Virus record (IMG/VR): IMGVR_UViG_3300021600_000393
Span: 1-64,000 of that record
Direction: 5' to 3' (one strand)
Source: a virus
Lineage: Duplodnaviria; Caudoviricetes
Length of the DNA: 64,000 nucleotides
Below, in pieces: positions 1-11,468 of the stretch. The notes beneath the pieces are model-generated. The model did no database searches. It was not told where the DNA came from and saw only the letters and a program-made list of their open reading frames with translations. Both the position numbers and the translations under genes were made by a program. Each line of letters starts with the position of its first letter. Position 1 is the first letter of the stretch.

Positions 1-780
1 CTGAAGACGTAATTGTAGGTGTTACAGTATTTGTTGGAGTATTTGTTGGAGTTACTGAAGATGTTATTGTAGGCGTTACTGTATTTGTTGGAGTATTTGT
101 TGGAGTTACTGAAGATGTAATCGTAGGAGTAACTGTATTTGTCGGTGTAATTGTAGGAGTTATTGAAGATGTAATTGTAGGAGTAACTGTATTTGTCGGT
201 GTAATTGTTGGAGTATTAGTCGGTGTATTTGTAGATGTAACTGTAATTGTTGGAGTTATAGTTGTGGTTGTAGTTGGAGTTGGAGTACGTGTTGGTGTAA
301 TAGTTGGTGTTTGCGATATAATTGGTATTGGTGTTGATGTACTAGTCGGTGTTATAGTATTTGTAGGCGTAATGGTTGGGGTTAATGATATTGTTGGAGT
401 TATTGTTGGTGTCGCGGTAACTGTTTTTGTAGGAGTTACTGAAGTTGTAATTGTAGGCGTAATGGTTGGGGTTAATGATATTGTTGGAGTTATTGTTGGA
501 GTTATTGTATTTGTAGGAGTAATAGTTGGTGTCGCGGTAACTGTTTTTGTAGGAGTTACTGAAGTTGTAATTGTAGGCGTTACAGTATTTGTTGGTGTAT
601 TTGTCGGTGTTATAGTTGGGGTTAACGATATTGTTGGGGTTACTGTTGGGTTAATAGTACTTGTAGGTGTTCTAGTTACTAAACAAGGGTCATATGTTGT
701 TGTAACACTAGGTGTTACTGTTGGAGTAGGTGTTGGAGTTAATGTTGGAGTTGTAGTTGACGTTGGAGTCGGAGTAGGTT
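1..780. repeat. Low-complexity tandem repeats encoding Thr/Pro tracts
   Basis: Repeating gttggagt/ttgtagg/attgttgg units. Near-exact larger copies at 361-409 vs 451-499 and about 405-460 vs 525-580. Confidence 0.9.
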
Positions 781-1057
781 CAAAAACATTTAAAATATAT
801 GAACAATCACTTCTACCTGATACCCCATGTACCAATATGGTATATATACCATAAACTTCTCTTGGTGGTGTTAACAGACAAGCTTCAAAAGTATAAGGAA
901 GAGTAACATTCCCTAAATTTAAAACAACAGATTCTCTTGAAGGGTTAAAAATAATTTGAGCACTTTCACCAGAGTAATTTACACTACTAATAATAATATC
1001 TTGGTCGCAAGAATTAACTAAACTTTCAAAAAGATTGTATGTTATTTGTCTAACCAC
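1..1057 (-). CDS. Pro/Thr-repeat (mucin-like) virion/fibre protein, 3' end runs off the window
   Basis: Manually translated. GTG at 1057 ([39 protein letters not shown]...) leads into long TPTPTxTxTPTITP repeats that continue to the window edge. Missing from the ORF track because it is truncated. TATTTATA motif upstream at 1105-1112. Confidence 0.85.
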   Translation of the reverse strand, partial: MVRQITYNLFESLVNSCDQDIIISSVNYSGESAQIIFNPSRESVVLNLGNVTLPYTFEACLLTPPREVYGIYTILVHGVSGRSDCSYILNVFEPTPTPTSTTTPTLTPTPTPTVTPSVTTTYDPCLVTRTPTSTINPTVTPTISLTPTITPTNTPTNTVTPTITTSVTPTKTVTATPTITPTNTITPTITPTISLTPTITPTITTSVTPTKTVTATPTITPTISLTPTITPTNTITPTSTSTPIPIISQTPTITPTRTPTPTTTTTITPTITVTSTNTPTNTPTITPTNTVTPTITSSITPTITPTNTVTPTITSSVTPTNTPTNTVTPTITSSVTPTNTPTNTVTPTITSS

Positions 1058-1230
1058 TTATATTTTATGTAAATAAAAGAAATAGCATTATTTTGCGCCT
1101 CCAATATAAATACAAGTGATAAGATTTTTATATTACTAAGTATTAATCATTTTTAATTTTTGATTAAGATTAACCAGGTGGACAATCATAAGAGTCAACA
1201 ATCACCCCAAGATTATTTATTAGAACTAAA

Positions 1231-4200
1231 CTATGCACATGTATTGGTATTAATCCAAGCAGTACCACTCCATTGATACCAAGTATTGCCACTACCACCA
1301 TTTTGTACGCCATAAAACCCTGCACTAGCTAAACTAGATAAACTAGTATTACTGTATATACTAACTCCATTGCTGTATATATTTGATAATGTTGTGTAGG
1401 TTGAAGTGTAGACAGTAAATGACGTATTACCAACATCTGTACAAAATTTAGGTGAACTTATGCTATTATAGTACCCAGTAATTGTTTGATAACCACTAGT
1501 CGGAGTTTCAGTTGGGGTTGGAGTTGGAGTTAATGTTGTTGTTGTCGTAATAGTTGGTGTTGGAGTTGGTGTTGGCTGAACACAATCAACAGAATCGTCA
1601 ATTACCCCAAGAGCGGTTATTTGAACTGAACGATAAAATCCAGAATCATCGACTATTAAATGCCATTCAGTATCTCCCGAATATATGAAAGTTGGCAATA
1701 AATTTGCATTAGTATAAATTGTTTTTCCAGTAATTGAAGAACCAGTTACAGGAGGCGCTAAATACACATTTAATGTTACGACCCCGTCATTACAAGAATC
1801 AATACTAAGAACATACCCAGTCTCATCTAACGTATAATGTATTGCCGGTTGAGTTGGAGTGATTGTTGGAGTTATTGTTGGAGTTATTGTTGGAGTTATT
1901 GTAGGGGTAATTGAAGGTGTAATTGTATTTGTTGGCGTATTTGTAGGAGTCTCAGTCGGAGTCTCAGTTGGAGTCTCAGTCGGAGTTAATGTTGGTGTTA
2001 TTGAAGGGGTAATCGTAATTGTTGGAGTTATTGTTGGTGTAACAGAAATTGTTGGCGTAATTGTTGGAGTTATTGTTGGTGTTTGTGTCGGAGTTAATGT
2101 TGGCGTTGGAGTTAATGTTGGCGTTACAGTACTGGTCGGAGTTGGCGTTAAACATATGGAATATGAACCAATTGTTTCACCACTATTATTTAATTCAATA
2201 ACAACCCCATTATTACTATAAAATCCTGCATTTACCGTAGAAATTACCTCATAAACGTTATTATAAAAAATTAAATTTTCATCAAAATAATTATTTTCAC
2301 CATAAATGGTTGTTGTAGTTGTTCCATAACAAGCTAAATTAGTAGTCCCTCCACTAATAACTGAAAAACTAAACTTTAAATTTGTAGGAGTTATTGTTAC
2401 CGTCGGAGTAATTGTTGGAGTAATTGTTGTTGTTATTGTTGGAGTTACTGTTGGTGTTATTGTCGGTGTTACAGAAATTGTTGGAGTAATTGCTGGTGTT
2501 ATTGAAGTAGTAATTGTTGGTGTTATTGAAGGAGTAACTGTATTAGTAGGGGTTCTTGTAGGGGTAACTGTTCTAGTTGGGGTTCTTGTAGGACTAATAG
2601 AAGGGGTCACAGTATTAGTATTGGTAATTGTTGGGGTAACTGTTTTAGTTGGGGTAATTGTAGGAGTTATTGTTGGCGTTATTGTTGGGGTCACAGAAAG
2701 GGTTATTGTTGGAGTAATAGAAGGTGTCACAGTATTAGTAACGGTAATTGTTGGGGTAATTGTTGGGGTAACCGATATTGTTGGAGTAATTGTTGGTGTT
2801 ATTGAAGTAGTAACTGTTGGTGTTATTGTTGGGGTAACCGATATTGTTGGCGTAATTGTTGGTGTAATTGTATTAGTTGGGGTTGTTGTTGGGGTTGGGG
2901 TTATTATTGCTATACAACCATTAGGGTCATCAGAAGTAATTTCTCCAAGTCCTCCAGAAACAAGATACCACGCAGTACCATTAGAATAATATCCATCAGG
3001 AGCAAATGCTGATAGAAATTTATTACTATATAAAATTTCATAAATGTTAGGGCCTGGAGCGCTTCCTGGTTGGGTATAAATAGCGGTTGATGCTGACCAA
3101 TAATTATTACAAGCATCATATGTCGTTAAACTATCATAACCTAACGTGTACTCATAATATATTGGTGTCGATGTTGGAGTTAAAGTCGGGCTTGGTGTTA
3201 AAGTTTTTGTTGGAGTTAATGTTGGTGTTGAAGTTAAAGTTATTGTCGGAGTTAAAGTTGGAGTGATTGTAGTGGTTACAGTAGGAGTTGGGGTAATAAA
3301 CGGAGAATACACACAAGAAATATCGTAATTTATTTTTAAATTAATTTGTAAATTAATTGCCGCGTCTTCATAACATCTGATTCTCACATCAAATGTGTTT
3401 TCAATAATATTAACATCTACCTCACTAACGATGTCAAAAGATTCTATAACATCTTTAACTGTGTCAGCCCAAACATTATCAGGTGGGTAATCATTTAAAG
3501 TGTCACCACTATAAAAAAGAAGTGATACAGACTCTGTATTAAGAAAAACTTCTACGTAAAATAAAGATTTATTTAAAATGCTTCCAGTATCTCCTGAAGT
3601 TAAATCATAAAACCCTTCAACAACCATCTGTTCAGCACTTCTTTTTAAAATTTGGCCGTTATTTGTAAAAATTGAGTTACATATTTCAAAAGTACCCCCA
3701 CTTGATATAATCATATCACCTAAGATTTGAGCACTAGCAGAAGTTGTGCATCCAATACCATCAGTAACAAAAACAGTATAAGTTCCAGCTGTTAAATTTG
3801 TTGCAGTTATTCCAGTATATCCGTTACTCCATAAAATAGTAAAAGGAGAGTCTCCATTTGTAATATTAACGGAAGCGGTACCATAATTTCCACCATAAGC
3901 GTTGGTTGCGGTTATAAATACACTAGTAACATTTGCCCCATTAATTTCAAAACTTTTACTAATAACACAATTTAAAGTTGTATCTGTAACAGAAACTGTG
4001 TAATTTCCAAATGGTAAATTTTCAAAAGTCGCACCAGTTGACGGACTAAAAATTCCCCCTTGTCCTGAAACTTCATAATTAAATGGCCCAATCGCGTTTG
4101 AATCTAATTCTATTTTAACAATACCATCAGTCCCTAAACACGTTGTTCCTGTTGTGGTCAAACTAAAATCAAATAACGTATTTGCGGATACTGTTATAGG

Positions 4201-5427
4201 ATATGAATATGTACATCCTCCACCACCAATAAATAAAGTATAATTACCACTAGTTATATTTGTAAAAACATAACTACTACTTGAAGTTGTAAAAGTTTGA
4301 TTTATTGTACCACCAGTTAAAGCATATGTATATGGTCCAGACGAACCAAATAAAAACACTTCGATTGACCCTGTTGGTATTGTACAATCCGGATTTATTA
4401 CATTAATATTACCAACTGTTATTGCCCCAGGGATAAACACATTAGTACTAGTATTAAATTTACATAACGCAGCGTCAGTAACTTCAATAGAAAAATTTCC
4501 TGAAGGTATGTTGTAAAACGTTTCAGTGTTGCTAAATGATATTTTAACTTCTCCTGTTGAAGCGGAATAATAATATGGTGTTGTTCCTCCAGTTATTGTA
4601 ACTGTTACTTCACCATCATTTGCAGAACAACTTGGAGGTATTGATACTAAACTACCTAAACCTAATTGACCGACAGTGCCTACAACAACCCCTTTATTTA
4701 AATAACAATTTGCAGAATCTCTTACTGTAACGTTATAATTACCGGCATTTAAATTAAGTAATGAAGAATTAGTGCTACCATCACTCCAAAGATACGTAAA
4801 CGGAGCAACCCCTGTTAATCCAGTTACATATATTTTACCAGAATTAGTTATACATGAGGAATCATTAACTACATAAAACCCATAATCAGTTGGGATACTT
4901 TCTTTAATTATAAAAGACGGAGTTTCCCCAATACACCCAGTGCCATCGTCAATTTTTATGTAATATACACTAGCCGGTAAATTATTAAAATTAGCAAATT
5001 GGTCAATTGTTTGAACTGACGACCTAAAACCAAAAACCGCATCATATAATGAATAAGTTAAAACATTAGAACCAAAATTATTGGCTTGAACTAAAACCGC
5101 CCCATTATTAACGTTACATGTTGTGTTATCAACAGTTATAATTGTACCAGTAGTTCCAGTTGTTAATGTAAATTGTTGTGAATACTGTTGAGAATCTGAA
5201 GGGTCAAATAATGTAAAACTATAAAACCCAGAATTTAAATTTTCTAACCTATATATTGTTGGTTTTCCGTTATAAGGTATGCTACCACTTTGAGGTACTA
5301 AATATGCGGGCGACAACCAAGTTATTTGAACGGTTGTTGTTGCCCCCATACCTAAGGCTAAATTAAAAACCCCAGAACTACTTCCAGAACAATCACCAGT
5401 GTATGTTACTTCATAACTAAACGCCAT
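1231..5427 (-). CDS. Large virion adhesin/tail-fibre-like protein with SprB-like repeats, Pro/Thr linkers and small Cys-bounded C-terminal domains
   Basis: Repeats such as [37 protein letters not shown] and [36 protein letters not shown] match the SprB-repeat pattern. Four TPT tracts separate domains of about 80 aa. Confidence 0.75.
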   Translation of the reverse strand: MAFSYEVTYTGDCSGSSSGVFNLALGMGATTTVQITWLSPAYLVPQSGSIPYNGKPTIYRLENLNSGFYSFTLFDPSDSQQYSQQFTLTTGTTGTIITVDNTTCNVNNGAVLVQANNFGSNVLTYSLYDAVFGFRSSVQTIDQFANFNNLPASVYYIKIDDGTGCIGETPSFIIKESIPTDYGFYVVNDSSCITNSGKIYVTGLTGVAPFTYLWSDGSTNSSLLNLNAGNYNVTVRDSANCYLNKGVVVGTVGQLGLGSLVSIPPSCSANDGEVTVTITGGTTPYYYSASTGEVKISFSNTETFYNIPSGNFSIEVTDAALCKFNTSTNVFIPGAITVGNINVINPDCTIPTGSIEVFLFGSSGPYTYALTGGTINQTFTTSSSSYVFTNITSGNYTLFIGGGGCTYSYPITVSANTLFDFSLTTTGTTCLGTDGIVKIELDSNAIGPFNYEVSGQGGIFSPSTGATFENLPFGNYTVSVTDTTLNCVISKSFEINGANVTSVFITATNAYGGNYGTASVNITNGDSPFTILWSNGYTGITATNLTAGTYTVFVTDGIGCTTSASAQILGDMIISSGGTFEICNSIFTNNGQILKRSAEQMVVEGFYDLTSGDTGSILNKSLFYVEVFLNTESVSLLFYSGDTLNDYPPDNVWADTVKDVIESFDIVSEVDVNIIENTFDVRIRCYEDAAINLQINLKINYDISCVYSPFITPTPTVTTTITPTLTPTITLTSTPTLTPTKTLTPSPTLTPTSTPIYYEYTLGYDSLTTYDACNNYWSASTAIYTQPGSAPGPNIYEILYSNKFLSAFAPDGYYSNGTAWYLVSGGLGEITSDDPNGCIAIITPTPTTTPTNTITPTITPTISVTPTITPTVTTSITPTITPTISVTPTITPTITVTNTVTPSITPTITLSVTPTITPTITPTITPTKTVTPTITNTNTVTPSISPTRTPTRTVTPTRTPTNTVTPSITPTITTSITPAITPTISVTPTITPTVTPTITTTITPTITPTVTITPTNLKFSFSVISGGTTNLACYGTTTTTIYGENNYFDENLIFYNNVYEVISTVNAGFYSNNGVVIELNNSGETIGSYSICLTPTPTSTVTPTLTPTPTLTPTQTPTITPTITPTISVTPTITPTITITPSITPTLTPTETPTETPTETPTNTPTNTITPSITPTITPTITPTITPTITPTQPAIHYTLDETGYVLSIDSCNDGVVTLNVYLAPPVTGSSITGKTIYTNANLLPTFIYSGDTEWHLIVDDSGFYRSVQITALGVIDDSVDCVQPTPTPTPTITTTTTLTPTPTPTETPTSGYQTITGYYNSISSPKFCTDVGNTSFTVYTSTYTTLSNIYSNGVSIYSNTSLSSLASAGFYGVQNGGSGNTWYQWSGTAWINTNTCA
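1850..3300. repeat. Thr/Pro tandem repeat tracts inside the 1398-aa protein
   Basis: [17 protein letters not shown]-type arrays at about 1850-2150, 2385-2905 and 3160-3300. Confidence 0.9.
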
Positions 5428-5430
5428 AAT

Positions 5431-8400
5431 TTATATACTAAATATTTTTACAAATGAAAAGTTTATGAATAAAGATAATTCAAAATTTATTTCAGCATCA
5501 TTAGAACCGCAATTAGAATTAAAAATAACTAAAGTGTTTGAATCAGACTCATAATATTCATAACCATAAGTTTCATTTAAATTATCTAAAGCTTGTCTCA
5601 AATAATTATCATAATTTAAATTTGCTCCCGAAAAAGTTGATGCTCCTGGCGGGTATGAAACACCATATCCACCGGTTATTCCATAACCATTAAAAAATGG
5701 AACAGTTTCAACAATCTCACCTTCAATTTTAATAATAATATTCCAAGTTGTAGTTAAAGTATTAAATTGAATACCCTGAACTAATGTTCCAGAATTTGTT
5801 AAAAAATTTTGCCAAACTTGATTTAAAACACCTGAAAAATCTGAAAAATTTACATTTACATTCCATGGATATTTTGAACAAACAACGGTTTGAATTGGGC
5901 AATCGGTATTGTAAATAGACACAATTTGTGAACACGGTCTACATGGTATTGGTATTAATTGACAACCCATTTGTCTTCTCCAAGCATATTTTTGTCTATG
6001 AAAAATTGAATTTTCAATTCTAACCCCTGTATTCCAGATAGTTGTTGCAGGAATCATTTGTTCAATTAGTTTAATCCAATATGAACCCAATCCTTGTACA
6101 TATTCTACCAAGTTATTGTAATTGTAATTATTATTTTGAATACCAACTTCTTTTTCAGATTCTAAATACCTCCAATAAATTGATTGTAATGTTGGGTATC
6201 CGCTTGTTTTACCGTCATAACTAAATAACCTATTTCTAACATTAATAGTATTTAACCAAAATGTTTGTGCAAATTCAAAAAATGTCTTATTTTTTGGTTG
6301 TGGATTGATTACCGTCCAATCAATTCCTCCTCTTTTTGGGTAATTTGAGTCCGGAGTTGGGTTACAATGTGTTGGAGTTATATAATCTAATCCTTGATTA
6401 GGTATTGGATAATTATAAATACGGGACATTGTCCATACATCATAAAGTATTCCTTGAGCCGGATTTAAAAAAACATCCGTATTTTTTACGTTAATAACTA
6501 ACTTATCATTAGACGTATTATAATATGCGTTTATATTACCGTCTAAATTTACTCTTTGCCCTGTTTCATAATCAGCCCAACTTTTATTATTATCTATTTG
6601 AGACCTAACATTAAAACCTAAATTCATAAATGGAAAATATCTAAAACGATTTAAATATACTTCACCATAATTAAATGGTAATAAACTTGTTTGAAAACTA
6701 GGATTATTACCAGTAAAAACCGCGTTTGTTGGATTAGTACTTGCTGGCGCTCTGTGTTGTGGGGTTTGTTCATACCATCCACTACCTATTTGATAAAAAA
6801 AACTGTCACTATTAACCGGTGACATTGGATAACCATTTTTATCAATTGGGTATTCATCTAAAGTAGAAGTAACGTCTTGAAAAGATAATAATGTGGTATA
6901 TCCAGTATAAGTTACCCCAGATATTTTAAAAGTATTACCATCTTCAAGAATAGGTAATTCAGTGACTAATGTTCCTCCAGATATTTTAGCTAATTGTAAA
7001 TCAAATTGATTAACATTTATTCTTTGGTCAGCTAAATAAACAAACTCATTTATCTCAACTAAAGAATCTGGAGCACCAATTAATCTTAATAACATTTCAA
7101 TAGATTTTCTAGTTCCTTTAGATTTAAATAAATGAGCAGAATTTAAAATTAAATTTCTATAATATTGATAATTTAATTCGTCCGGAGTTGTTTCTACCGC
7201 AATCCCAGAAAATTGTGATTTATTTGAGTTTTGTTTTCCAAAAACAGAACTTAATAATTGGTCGTTAGATATTGGTGAAAAATTTGTACTCCACCCTAAA
7301 GTTTTAGCTAAATTTTTTAATAATTGTGAAGGTATATCGTCACCGACATTATAATTAACAGAATTCATGTTAGATAACGCTGAGATAAACTTTTGAGTTT
7401 CGTCAAAACTTCTACCATAAATTTGTAAGATTTTTTCAACTTTTTGGTCTGGGGTATCAAAATCTTTTAATGCCCCAGTTGTTAAAAAACGCGATATTAA
7501 ATTTGTTCTATATAAATCAAATTCTTCCCCAATATTATTTAAATTAACTAAATAATCGTCAAAATTTTGTGTTATTATGTCTAAATTCCAAGGACCATAA
7601 AAAGGCCAACTTAATAGTTTATTAGAAATATAATATTGCCCATCATCAGTAATGCTAGGTATTTTAAAAATTGCGGTGTATTTTGGAATTATATTTCTAT
7701 TTAATATAAAATTTTCAACCTCATCTAAAGTTTCATTAAAAATTTTATTAACTTCAAAATCATTTGGCCGTATAATTAAATTTTTATATGTTATTGTTTC
7801 CCCTGAAAAAGGATTGCCGTTTATATAAATTTTTAAAACACCATTAGTTAATGAAATTGTTGGCTCAATTCTAGTTAAAGAATAACCTTCATCGTCAATA
7901 TATAATGAATATTTATTAAAATTAACTGTTAAATTTCTTAAATATGAAACCTCAATTTCTCTAAGCGATAAATTTCTTGTAGCGTTTACACTAAAATCAA
8001 TCTCAAAAGGATTTCGTATTTTTTCAAGATTTAACTCAAAATTAGTCTCATTTGACTCTTGGTTAAATACAATATTTATTGCCGTTGCCCCAGTTGTAAA
8101 ATCAATACCAAATAAAAGAGATTCTATCGCCCCCGGAAAATTATTAATAATATTAGTAACTGATGATGATAATCTTTTAACTAAAGAACCGTATTGTGTA
8201 AAATTAGTAACTTGACTTAAATCAAAATTTGGATAAACTTTAAAATTATTTTCAATTAATTCTTTAGACTCCTCAATACTATTTATCCCTAATGATTCTA
8301 AATTTATTGGTTTAGAAAAAACACCAATTGAAAAGTTTCGGTTTGTTTTTTCTGAAACGGACGAAGTAAATGTAAAATTTCCTTGCGTAAGCCCGCCACC

Positions 8401-8490
8401 TTGAACTGTTTGCATTCCAACTAAATCATCAGAAAATGTACCTTTACCTGAAACTGATTGGGGGATAGAAATGTATTTTTTAACCGCCAT
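5431..8490 (-). CDS. Baseplate wedge-like structural protein (P2 gpI / T4 gp7-like motif)
   Basis: LLKNLAKTLGW...YRNLILNSAHLFKSKGTRKSIEMLLRLIG resembles the KGT motif of gpI/gp7-type wedge proteins. Lies in the baseplate cluster. Confidence 0.6.
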   Translation of the reverse strand: MAVKKYISIPQSVSGKGTFSDDLVGMQTVQGGGLTQGNFTFTSSVSEKTNRNFSIGVFSKPINLESLGINSIEESKELIENNFKVYPNFDLSQVTNFTQYGSLVKRLSSSVTNIINNFPGAIESLLFGIDFTTGATAINIVFNQESNETNFELNLEKIRNPFEIDFSVNATRNLSLREIEVSYLRNLTVNFNKYSLYIDDEGYSLTRIEPTISLTNGVLKIYINGNPFSGETITYKNLIIRPNDFEVNKIFNETLDEVENFILNRNIIPKYTAIFKIPSITDDGQYYISNKLLSWPFYGPWNLDIITQNFDDYLVNLNNIGEEFDLYRTNLISRFLTTGALKDFDTPDQKVEKILQIYGRSFDETQKFISALSNMNSVNYNVGDDIPSQLLKNLAKTLGWSTNFSPISNDQLLSSVFGKQNSNKSQFSGIAVETTPDELNYQYYRNLILNSAHLFKSKGTRKSIEMLLRLIGAPDSLVEINEFVYLADQRINVNQFDLQLAKISGGTLVTELPILEDGNTFKISGVTYTGYTTLLSFQDVTSTLDEYPIDKNGYPMSPVNSDSFFYQIGSGWYEQTPQHRAPASTNPTNAVFTGNNPSFQTSLLPFNYGEVYLNRFRYFPFMNLGFNVRSQIDNNKSWADYETGQRVNLDGNINAYYNTSNDKLVINVKNTDVFLNPAQGILYDVWTMSRIYNYPIPNQGLDYITPTHCNPTPDSNYPKRGGIDWTVINPQPKNKTFFEFAQTFWLNTINVRNRLFSYDGKTSGYPTLQSIYWRYLESEKEVGIQNNNYNYNNLVEYVQGLGSYWIKLIEQMIPATTIWNTGVRIENSIFHRQKYAWRRQMGCQLIPIPCRPCSQIVSIYNTDCPIQTVVCSKYPWNVNVNFSDFSGVLNQVWQNFLTNSGTLVQGIQFNTLTTTWNIIIKIEGEIVETVPFFNGYGITGGYGVSYPPGASTFSGANLNYDNYLRQALDNLNETYGYEYYESDSNTLVIFNSNCGSNDAEINFELSLFINFSFVKIFSI

Positions 8491-9398
8491 TATTTTGTTA
8501 TGTTTGAGAAACTTTTGCTAAAATCAATATTATTATCTCTATTTTCTTTAACCTCATATAATAAAGCATTATATTGGTCTCTAATTTCATACAAATTATA
8601 TTGTTTAAAAATATTATTATTATCGTCATACATTGTATAAACTCCATCTTCCATAGATTTTGTTTGATTACCAAATAACCCAATAGACAATGTTGAAATA
8701 TCACTACCAACAATTTCTATTTCTGTAGTAATGGGGTTAAAAAAAGTATTTGTTATAATAATACTTTGATTTGGTTGCCCAATATATGGAATAGCGTTTG
8801 GTTTATTTGTTGGTGCCGAAGAAGGAGTTAATGTACAAAAAACTAAATTTGTATTATTATCGGTATACCGATACCTAATTGCTTTTTGTGAAGTGTTTGT
8901 TAAATTTTGTATTACCGGCTCACAAAAAAATGATGAGGTTATTAATCTAAAAAAATTAGGAATTTTTGTCCCATCATTATTTAAATACTCAATTCTATAA
9001 CCAACTAAACCTTGACTTATAAAATTATTTCTATATTGTGACGGTACTGAATTTATATCAATTATTATTCCTCTAACATTAGGGAGAGCACTTAAAACCC
9101 CACAATCTAAAATAAGACATCTTATTTGTGCAGGTCTAATATATAACGTATAAATTCCAAGTTTATTAAAAATATCAGTTGGTAATGTCATATTATATAA
9201 CCCACCTAAAATTTCAACATTTGCGTTACCACCAGTGTTTTGATTATTATAATAAGGTCTTAATAACGTCGATGCGTTTAATTTTGTTAAAACAAAGTTA
9301 TTTGTTTCGTCCCTTGATGGTGTATAATTTAAAATAATTTCTACATCGTCAGGTGATACATCACTAGGTCTTGTTGTTCCGTATGTTCCTACAGCCAT
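8490..9398 (-). CDS. Putative virion structural protein
   Basis: 302-aa ORF translationally coupled within the baseplate/fibre operon. Confidence 0.6.
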   Translation of the reverse strand: MAVGTYGTTRPSDVSPDDVEIILNYTPSRDETNNFVLTKLNASTLLRPYYNNQNTGGNANVEILGGLYNMTLPTDIFNKLGIYTLYIRPAQIRCLILDCGVLSALPNVRGIIIDINSVPSQYRNNFISQGLVGYRIEYLNNDGTKIPNFFRLITSSFFCEPVIQNLTNTSQKAIRYRYTDNNTNLVFCTLTPSSAPTNKPNAIPYIGQPNQSIIITNTFFNPITTEIEIVGSDISTLSIGLFGNQTKSMEDGVYTMYDDNNNIFKQYNLYEIRDQYNALLYEVKENRDNNIDFSKSFSNITK

Positions 9399-9401
9399 AA
9401 T

Positions 9402-10634
9402 TTATGTGTTATTAATTGTTAATATTTTAAAAAATTTATATCCATATCTAACTAAATCCCCAATATTGTCAACTTCACCTAATCTTTCAATATTTTCAAT
9501 TGCAGATATTTTTCCTCTCTCAATAAATACATTAGACTGCAATTCTGGCGCATCAATAATATTTAATAACGCCTCATTTTTTGTAATTGCGGAAGAAACT
9601 AACCAATCAGATGTAATACCTGAAGATTCAACAATAAACACTGTAGTCCCGTCTTTATAATCATAATAAGCTATCTCATTAATAGTGTACGCGGTATAAA
9701 GTCCATTTTCCCCTTCTCCAAAAAATTCACCAACAAACCCAGAACTTCCAGTGACTGGCCCTAAAACAAATTTACCTCCAATTAAATTTGATGTGTTCCC
9801 ATATTGAATTAAATCATTTATTGAAGAATTAGTATAACCAGTAATTATAAATGGTATTGGAGTGTAATTTGAAGAAATATGGTCTTCAACATTGTTATTT
9901 GAATCTCCAGTAAATAAATAATTGTACTCTAAAGGAGTTGCAGACCAACTATTCCCTTGTGGAATAAAATAAGCAGTTCCGTTTGGATTATTAACTTGCG
10001 CAAGTTTAAATGGGACATGTATTTTTTTTTGAATAATATTAATTCCCCATGGGCTCATTCCTGACATTGTCACTAAAAAATCATTTTCAACGTTTTGAAT
10101 TGCATATCCTCCAGGAGTTTCTCCTTGTGGAACACTATATGTATGTGTATAATAATTTGGCGGAAAATCGTTTACAGTTTCTATTGGTGTATTATCCCCC
10201 CAATCAATTTTATATTCAGAAAACGCAAGATATTTTTTTATTTCCCCTCCAGATGTATTATAAACACTCCAAGTATATGGGTCTTGAAGGGTAGATGTAA
10301 ATATAAAATTTCCCATGCCTTCTTTTTGTAAAATAAACCCATCAAAAACAGAATAATACCCTAAATCAATATTTGTTTCTGTAAATAAAATTGGTATTGT
10401 TAGCCCAGTTAATAATGAAACCCCATTAGTTCCCCCAGATAAAATTTGTGTCATTGATGAATACACATAAGTTTCACCAGTAATAAAATCGGTTATTGTT
10501 GTTGGTATTACCTCATCACAACAAGGGTCTGGGTCAGTAGGAGTATTATATGTACCACCAGTATAATAAACTTTAAAAAGTTTATTTTTTATATTTTCCG
10601 GAGAAATATTTATTTTATAGTATCTGTCGTTCAT
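9402..10634 (-). CDS. Putative virion protein with PKD-like motif
   Basis: YKIDWGDNTP...YTHTY resembles a PKD/Ig signature. Operon context. Confidence 0.55.
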   Translation of the reverse strand: MNDRYYKINISPENIKNKLFKVYYTGGTYNTPTDPDPCCDEVIPTTITDFITGETYVYSSMTQILSGGTNGVSLLTGLTIPILFTETNIDLGYYSVFDGFILQKEGMGNFIFTSTLQDPYTWSVYNTSGGEIKKYLAFSEYKIDWGDNTPIETVNDFPPNYYTHTYSVPQGETPGGYAIQNVENDFLVTMSGMSPWGINIIQKKIHVPFKLAQVNNPNGTAYFIPQGNSWSATPLEYNYLFTGDSNNNVEDHISSNYTPIPFIITGYTNSSINDLIQYGNTSNLIGGKFVLGPVTGSSGFVGEFFGEGENGLYTAYTINEIAYYDYKDGTTVFIVESSGITSDWLVSSAITKNEALLNIIDAPELQSNVFIERGKISAIENIERLGEVDNIGDLVRYGYKFFKILTINNT

Positions 10635-10646
10635 TTATCTCATTTA

Positions 10647-11468
10647 TTAAGGGGATATTGGATTTAAATACTCATACATTTTTATAGGATTAATTTCAGT
10701 GCCAATTCTTTGATTTTCCGTATCAAAAACTTGGTATGTATTATTATCATAATTAAATACAACCTTATTATAAAAATAATCTTTATCATTAAATCTCCAC
10801 CAATTACCAGCGTTTAATGGAGAAGAAAATTGTCCTTTATTCATTAATCTAATAAATTGACCTATTTTTGCGTCAAAAAATTTTGCAGACATATAAAATG
10901 TGTTAATGTTATAAAACGTTTCATCTCTTAACCAATAAAGAAAAAATCCTTCTTTATCTCCCACATAATCTAATTTAAAAATTGGTTTTTTTATGTTTTG
11001 CGGTGGTAAAAATTGCGATAAAAAAACATCTGTTGTTTTTCCTTGACTAGTTGGGATAATTACCGTAAAATAATTAATTTGGTTAGACCCACTTGTTGTA
11101 TCATAAAAATCCAATTTAAAAAATGAATTTGTAAACGACCTTCTTTGATAATACAAGTCAGATATTGTAAATGATTGATGTATATAACTAGGTGACCAAG
11201 ACGTACTAGTAGCACCAGTAAATGTATTGTATGATGGCGTACCTGAATAAAAATTAAATTCGTAATTAATACTAGAATTCCCATTATATTCGTCATGAGC
11301 AAACCTAGAAATTTCAAAGTTTTTAGGCAACCCAATCACTTCTTTAGTTATAACGTCTTGATATTCTTGTATAGAATTTTCTCTATCCAAAAAATCCCAT
11401 TTTATTTCAATTGGAATTGAAATATTTTTATTAAGGTTATTTAGTAATATTTTATGGTTATTATTCAC
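10647..11468 (-). CDS. Hypothetical virion protein
   Basis: 273-aa ORF overlapping the upstream gene in the structural operon. Confidence 0.55.
   Translation of the reverse strand: MNNNHKILLNNLNKNISIPIEIKWDFLDRENSIQEYQDVITKEVIGLPKNFEISRFAHDEYNGNSSINYEFNFYSGTPSYNTFTGATSTSWSPSYIHQSFTISDLYYQRRSFTNSFFKLDFYDTTSGSNQINYFTVIIPTSQGKTTDVFLSQFLPPQNIKKPIFKLDYVGDKEGFFLYWLRDETFYNINTFYMSAKFFDAKIGQFIRLMNKGQFSSPLNAGNWWRFNDKDYFYNKVVFNYDNNTYQVFDTENQRIGTEINPIKMYEYLNPISP

Noticed and set aside
1-700. Repeat array considered as possible CRISPR
   Set aside because: No constant repeat with unique spacers. The units are codon-phased Thr/Pro coding repeats.
264-854. Plus-strand Val/Gly-rich ORFs (also 1859-2221, 2621-2989, 36124-36456)
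   Set aside because: Antisense shadows of Thr/Pro repeat codons in real minus-strand genes.
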